Assembly: GCA_964019425.1 (NCBI GenBank)
Contig: OZ025786.1
Location: 930,001 to 994,000, forward strand
DNA: 64,000 nucleotides
Reading direction: 5' to 3'
From: Flectonema sp. DT1601
Lineage: Eukaryota
The notes beneath the pieces are model-generated. The model saw nothing but the letters and a program-made list of their open reading frames with translations, made no database searches and was not told where the DNA came from. A program made the position numbers and the translations under genes. This document shows, one piece after another, positions 58,676-64,000 of this stretch (the stretch's first letter is position 1; every line of letters starts with the position of its first letter).

Positions 58676-61374
58676 CTGACATGGGTTCTCAAACCCCCTT
58701 GTACAAAAAAAAAGAAGGAAAATTAAGGCTGAAACTTTCCTTGAAATGCCAGATTTTAGAAAACGAATTAGAGCAAATGAAAGAACGAATTTTTTATGTT
58801 CTATTTTTATTTTACTTTAATGCGATGTCAGCCTCCCTCGAGAAAGACAAGCAGTTACTAAATGGATTACCTGTTGAGATCAAAGCTACCAACCAGGATC
58901 CATCCTCACTTCCTCCTGCGCCCCCTGTTTTAATTATTGAAAAAGATAGAAAAGAATATGAACTTCTGGAAGGAGTAATTCAACGGTTAACAGCAGAACG
59001 CGATGAATCGAAGACTTCTCTTTCTGCACTAGTTCGACAATATGACTTAGTGGAAGATTACAGGAAACGTGAGCTCGCAAATCTGACTCAGAGAGCAGAC
59101 CTATCGGAAATGGCGCTCTTTAATTACCATCAAAGGTTTGTTCTTCTGTCGAACGAATTGGAGACCAAATGTAATGAGGAAAGAGAAAGTAAAATAAGAC
59201 TTTTCTATACTCAACAGGAGGTCGAGAGTTTGCGTGCCGCGCGTCCCCGTATGACCCACTTTAGTCAACAAGTTTCCCCCCGAACCCCCGTTCTGTATGA
59301 ATCTGTTGCTATGATGAAGATAGCAAAGAACTACCTCTCGCTCTTTACAACTACGAGTAGTCTTTTTACTCCTCTTATTAAACCCCTTATCCCTACCCTT
59401 AATTATATCACCCCTCTTTGTCCTCTAGCCTCAATTCCTCCGACAATGCCGCAGAGTGAAGCTCTCGACCGCACGCCGACCAAGATTTTACGACAAGAGA
59501 GTCACGTTATCTCCGTTAAAGAGAATACACCTATTGCGAGACAATGGTCCGAGGGTAGAATTGACTTACTCGAGAACTACTGTCGAGCAGTAGATGACTC
59601 TCTCGAAACAAACGAGAAAGCGGCAGAGCTCTCAGAACAACTTCTGGATGCCCAACTTCGCCTCTCGGAGCTGAATCACCAACGGTGTACAACTCACGCA
59701 GAGCAGCTTGAGCAATCCATGATGTTAACGGGACTGGCGAGCGATTTAAATGCTCAACTCGCCTTGGCACGGTCTCAAATAGCGGCCCTGAAGTTCCAAT
59801 TAGCTTCATGGGCAGAAGGTTTGAGTCCGCCAGACACAGAAGAACATGAGGAAAATGAAACTCCGCCGAGAAAGTCTGAGCGTTCAACTCTGAAAAAACG
59901 AACCCCTCCATCAAGATATCGTTACAATCGAAGGAGATGTTCTGCTGATGACGTTCACGGTGACTCCACCCCCTTGTAATTCTCTTTTTCCTTACTTTCA
60001 CATCACTTTGTTTATTTAGTTTTTTAGCTTATTTATTATTTATTGTTCGTTTTTGTTTGTATTATTTTATCGATATGTTTATGTCCGTCAGATCATAACG
60101 TTAATCAGGTTAATTGTTAATTGTTAATTATAAATGGTCTAAACCCCAATCCAAGTTCCCAAGGCTTGGCATAGATTTGAGTGACGCCTTACTGGCCTCC
60201 TCATCCTCTATGAGTGGTGAGGGGGCCAGCAATGGTTTTTTTTTTTTTTTTTCTCTTATTTCTTTTTTTCTTTTTCTTTTACTCTAATATGAAATATTTT
60301 TAAATGTGATTATTAATTTAAAAAAAAAAAAAAAATAATAATAATGTAAATGAATAATAAAAAAAAAAAAAAAAAACATGCCTTGGGAATACAATCAAAG
60401 CCCCAATTAATCGGTCCTTTCTTTTTCCTTCTTGTCAAGTGATCGCTCCACTCGTCGATCACCAAAACCGATTGTATTTATATCTGTTCTTTTCTCAACG
60501 ATCGGCTATACCGACCATTTTTTTTCTTTTTTTTATAAATAATTGTTTTCTTCTTCTCGACGATCAGATCCAATTGATCGACCTTTTTTTTTTTTTTTTT
60601 TTCCTTTATTCCTTCCATCCCTCCCGCTCCCCTAATTTTAAATAAAAACAAGATCAGCTCAGCTTGATCGTTAATCTTTTTTTCTTTTTTTAATTTAAAC
60701 TGATTGTATTTATATCTGTTTATTTTTCTCAACGATCGGCTATACCGATCAACCTTTAAAATAATTTCTTCTTCTCGACGATCAGATCCAATTGATCAAC
60801 CTTTTCTTTTTTTTTCCTCTATTCCTTCCATCCCTCCCGCTCCCCTATTTGTAATAAAAACAAGATCAGCTCAGCTTGATCGTTAATTTTTTTTTCTTCT
60901 TTTTTGTTGGTCCTAGTCAAGACCTTAAACTGACTAACCGGTCTTAATTTTAAATAAGTGTTAACCTAGTTTCTCTTTTCCTTTTCAATTTCCCTTTAAT
61001 ACTCTCTATCTGGTCTGTTATGTCATATTTCTCATTTAATTTTATCATCCATTTTACTTTTCACTGTTTCCCATCTACATTTTATTTTCAAATAGTTACG
61101 GTCTGTTAAAAAAAAAAAAAGTTTAAATAAGTTAAATTGAACATGTTAACTCAATTCCTCAATTCTTCCGTCATGGTCATGACATTCTTTTTCGTTTCTC
61201 TAATGCACAAGAGATACCATCACTCATGAGATACCAACGCACATACGAGATACCAGCACTCCAGAGATACCGACACGCTAGAGATACCAAGTCACTTGAG
61301 ATACCTCCTTGTAAATTAATTCCCGGTATTTCAAATTTGAATTGATAGTGTCAACTCTGCTTGCTGCTCTTGTT
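58676..61374 (+). mobile_element. Unclassified element, unit 3 (opposite orientation, ends before satellite A)
   Basis: Reverse complement of the corresponding part of unit 2. Confidence 0.85.
58681..59979 (+). CDS. Element-encoded coiled-coil protein, copy 3
   Basis: 432 aa, identical to copies 1 and 2. Confidence 0.75.
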   Translation: MGSQTPLYKKKEGKLRLKLSLKCQILENELEQMKERIFYVLFLFYFNAMSASLEKDKQLLNGLPVEIKATNQDPSSLPPAPPVLIIEKDRKEYELLEGVIQRLTAERDESKTSLSALVRQYDLVEDYRKRELANLTQRADLSEMALFNYHQRFVLLSNELETKCNEERESKIRLFYTQQEVESLRAARPRMTHFSQQVSPRTPVLYESVAMMKIAKNYLSLFTTTSSLFTPLIKPLIPTLNYITPLCPLASIPPTMPQSEALDRTPTKILRQESHVISVKENTPIARQWSEGRIDLLENYCRAVDDSLETNEKAAELSEQLLDAQLRLSELNHQRCTTHAEQLEQSMMLTGLASDLNAQLALARSQIAALKFQLASWAEGLSPPDTEEHEENETPPRKSERSTLKKRTPPSRYRYNRRRCSADDVHGDSTPL

Positions 61375-62541
61375 GGGGGTGTTGGTTTTCCCCAACACCC
61401 CCTTTTTTATTCGAATCAACGTCCACGGTAAAGAATTATCGACTCCCTCTCATCGCAACAACCTATTACTCCTGGACTCCCAAACCCCGTCTTTCCTTTT
61501 TTTTTAAACCTCATTCTCCATTGATCACGTTCCCTTCTGAACTGTCTCAAAGTAGACTACTGGTATCGTCTTCTGCTCAAACGGAACAAGAAAAAGACAG
61601 TGCGGCGACCTCATCGACGGAAGATTCACCTATTGCGAGGCAATGGTCCGAAGGTAGACTCGATTTACTGGACAACTACTGTCAAGCGGTTAGTGACTCT
61701 CTCCAGACAAATGAGAAAGTGGCGCTGCTCTCGGAAAAACTAGTGGAAGAGCAACGTCGATGCTCCGAGTTGAGCTATCAACAGAAGACTATCCATAAAG
61801 AACAACTGGATCATTCCATGTTGTTGATGGAGATGGCCAGTGAGCTCTCTGAGCAACTCTATTTGGCAAAAGACCAAAACAGAGCTCTCAAATTTCAGTT
61901 ACAAACATGGGCAAATGGTTTTAACCCACCCGAAAAGGAAGCGCAAGAAGAAAATGAGACCCCAAAGCGTCCGAGGGAGCGCCTATCACAAAAAAAGCGA
62001 ACTCCACCCTCAACGAATCCTCATGATCGCAGAAGAATCTTTTTAGATGACGATTGCTAAGTTCTAGTTTCTATTAGTATTAAATTATTTGTATTATTTT
62101 GTCGATATGTTTATGTCTGTCCGATCATAACGTCAATCAGATTAATTGTTAATTGTAATTGGTTTGAGCGCTTATCAAAAAAAAAAAAAAGCGAACTCCA
62201 ACCTCAACGAACTTTCATGATCGCAGAAGAATCTTTTTAGATGACGATTGCTAAGTTCTAGTTTCTATTAGTATTTATTTATTTGTATTATTTTGTCGAT
62301 ATGTTTATGTCCGTCAGATCATAACGTTAATCAGATTAATTGTCAACTGTTAATTGTAAATGGTCTAAACCCCAATCCAAGTTCCCAAGGCTTGGCATAG
62401 ATTTGAGTGACGCCTTACTGGCCTCCTCATCCTCTATGAGTGGTGAGGGGGCCAGCAATGGTTTTTTTTTTTTTTCTCTTATTTCTTTTTTTTCTTTTTC
62501 TTTTACTCTAATATGAAATATTTTTGAACAAAATGTGATTA

Positions 62542-62573
<32 letters not shown>

Positions 62574-64000
62574 TGTAAATGAATAATAAAAAAAAAAAAA
62601 AAAAAAACATGCCTTGGGAATACAACCAAAGCCCCAATTAATCGGTCCTTTCTTTTTTCCTTCTTGTCAAGTGATCGCTCCACTCGTCGATCACCAAAAC
62701 CGATTGTATTTATATCTGTTCTTTTCTCAACGATCGGCTATACCGATCATTTTTTTTAAAAATAATTGTTTTCTTCTTCTCGACGACCAGATCCAATTGA
62801 TCGACCTTTTCTTTTTTTTTCCTTTATTCCTTCCATCCCTCCCGCTCCCCTTATTTTAATAAAAACAAGATCAGCTCAGCTTGATCGTTAAACTTTTTTT
62901 ATTTATTTATTTTTTTTTTTTTTTATTTAAACTGATTGTATTTATATCTGGTTATTTTTCTCAACGATCGGCTATGCCGATCGACCTTTAAAATAATTGT
63001 CTTCTTCTTCTCGACGACCAGATCCAATTGATCGACCTTTTCTTTTTTTTTCCTTTATTCCTTCCATCCCTCCCGCTCCCCTTATTTTAATAAAAACAAG
63101 ATCAGCTCAGCTTGATCGTTATTTATTTATTTATTTATTTATATTTTTTTTTTTTTTGTTGGTCCTAGTCAAGACCTTAAACTGACTAATCGGTCTTAAC
63201 TTTAACTAAGTGAATGAACCCTTTCCGTTTTCCTTTTCCCTTTATTACTCTCTATCTGGTCTGTTATGTCATAAATCTCATTTAATTTTATCATTCATTT
63301 TAATTTTCACTGTTTCCCATCTACATTTTATTTTCAAATAGTTCCGGTCTGTCTCTGATGATAAATAAAACTGATCATGTTAACTCAATATTTTTTTTTT
63401 ATTATGTGCAAGAGATACCAACACGCAAGAGATACCAACGCACATACGAGATACCAGCACTTCCGAGATACCGACACACAAGAGATACCAAGACACTTAA
63501 GATACCAGCAAGGACAGTGAGAGGTAGAATGAACTCTCCTCCTTGCGTCCGATCCTGATTATTTTTTGTTGAATTGGTAGTGTTACCTCATTTTGCTACT
63601 CTCGTATCTGTGTTGTGTTAACTCATGTAAGTGATCTTAACTCCTGTTAAATAAAAAAAAAAAAATTTCAAAAAAAAAGAAATTAAAAAAGAAGAATTTC
63701 AAATGAAGTTATATCAACCCCTGCCACCCATTATGATCAATTCCGCTTGTTTTTTTTTTTCTTTTTTTTTTTTCTTCTTTCTTTTCTTCAAATATAAAAA
63801 AAAATTAAAAAAATATAAAAGATGAAACAATGTTATCATTGTTTTTTTTATCGATCGACTATGTCGATTACTTCCAGTTTTCCGTCCTGGTCAAGACGCT
63901 AAACTGATTGTTTTTTTTTTTTTTTTTAAAAAATTAATAAAAAGAATATAAAAAAAAAAAAAAAAAAGAATAAACAATGTTATCATTGTTTTTTTTTATC
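61375..64000 (+). mobile_element. Diverged subfamily of the same element, unit 4 (runs off the window)
   Basis: Paralogous ORF followed by the same module order: GC hairpin, B repeats, GAGATACC array and satellite A from ~63820. Confidence 0.8.
61521..62060 (+). CDS. Diverged paralogue of the coiled-coil protein C-terminal domain (probably 5'-truncated)
   Basis: PIARQWSEGRLDLLDNYC...ALKFQL..W...EENETP...KKRTPPS aligns without gaps to copies 1-3. Confidence 0.7.
   Translation: MITFPSELSQSRLLVSSSAQTEQEKDSAATSSTEDSPIARQWSEGRLDLLDNYCQAVSDSLQTNEKVALLSEKLVEEQRRCSELSYQQKTIHKEQLDHSMLLMEMASELSEQLYLAKDQNRALKFQLQTWANGFNPPEKEAQEENETPKRPRERLSQKKRTPPSTNPHDRRRIFLDDDC

Overview
AT-rich, homopolymer-rich eukaryotic DNA, probably a euglenozoan such as a diplonemid (inferred from a DUF1935-type calpain, a TATE/VIPER-like RT and same-strand gene order). 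1-23.2 kb holds eight host genes, all on the minus strand: calpain-like peptidase, PAM2/Zn protein, bacterial-type class III cyclase, 1863-aa Ig-like repeat protein, pseudo-metacaspase, sulfatase, GST and PH-STE20 kinase. Several have short GTATGT...ACAG introns with A-rich 3' ends. 23.5-64 kb is a nest of mobile DNA. A decayed Naiad-like Penelope element with a Josephin-like domain after its RT is split by a hAT transposon. A 517-nt structured intron occurs almost identically at two unrelated CCAG sites. Two Mutator elements with 9-bp TSDs are nested, and there are Ingi-like and TATE/VIPER-like fragments. The dominant feature is an unclassified element: a conserved coiled-coil ORF (fused to a HERO-like RLE domain in one copy), kilobases of covarying hairpin repeats and a fixed hairpin terminus, inserted without TSD in tandem, truncated and inverted forms. 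All calls are by eye from motifs and junctions; no searches were run.
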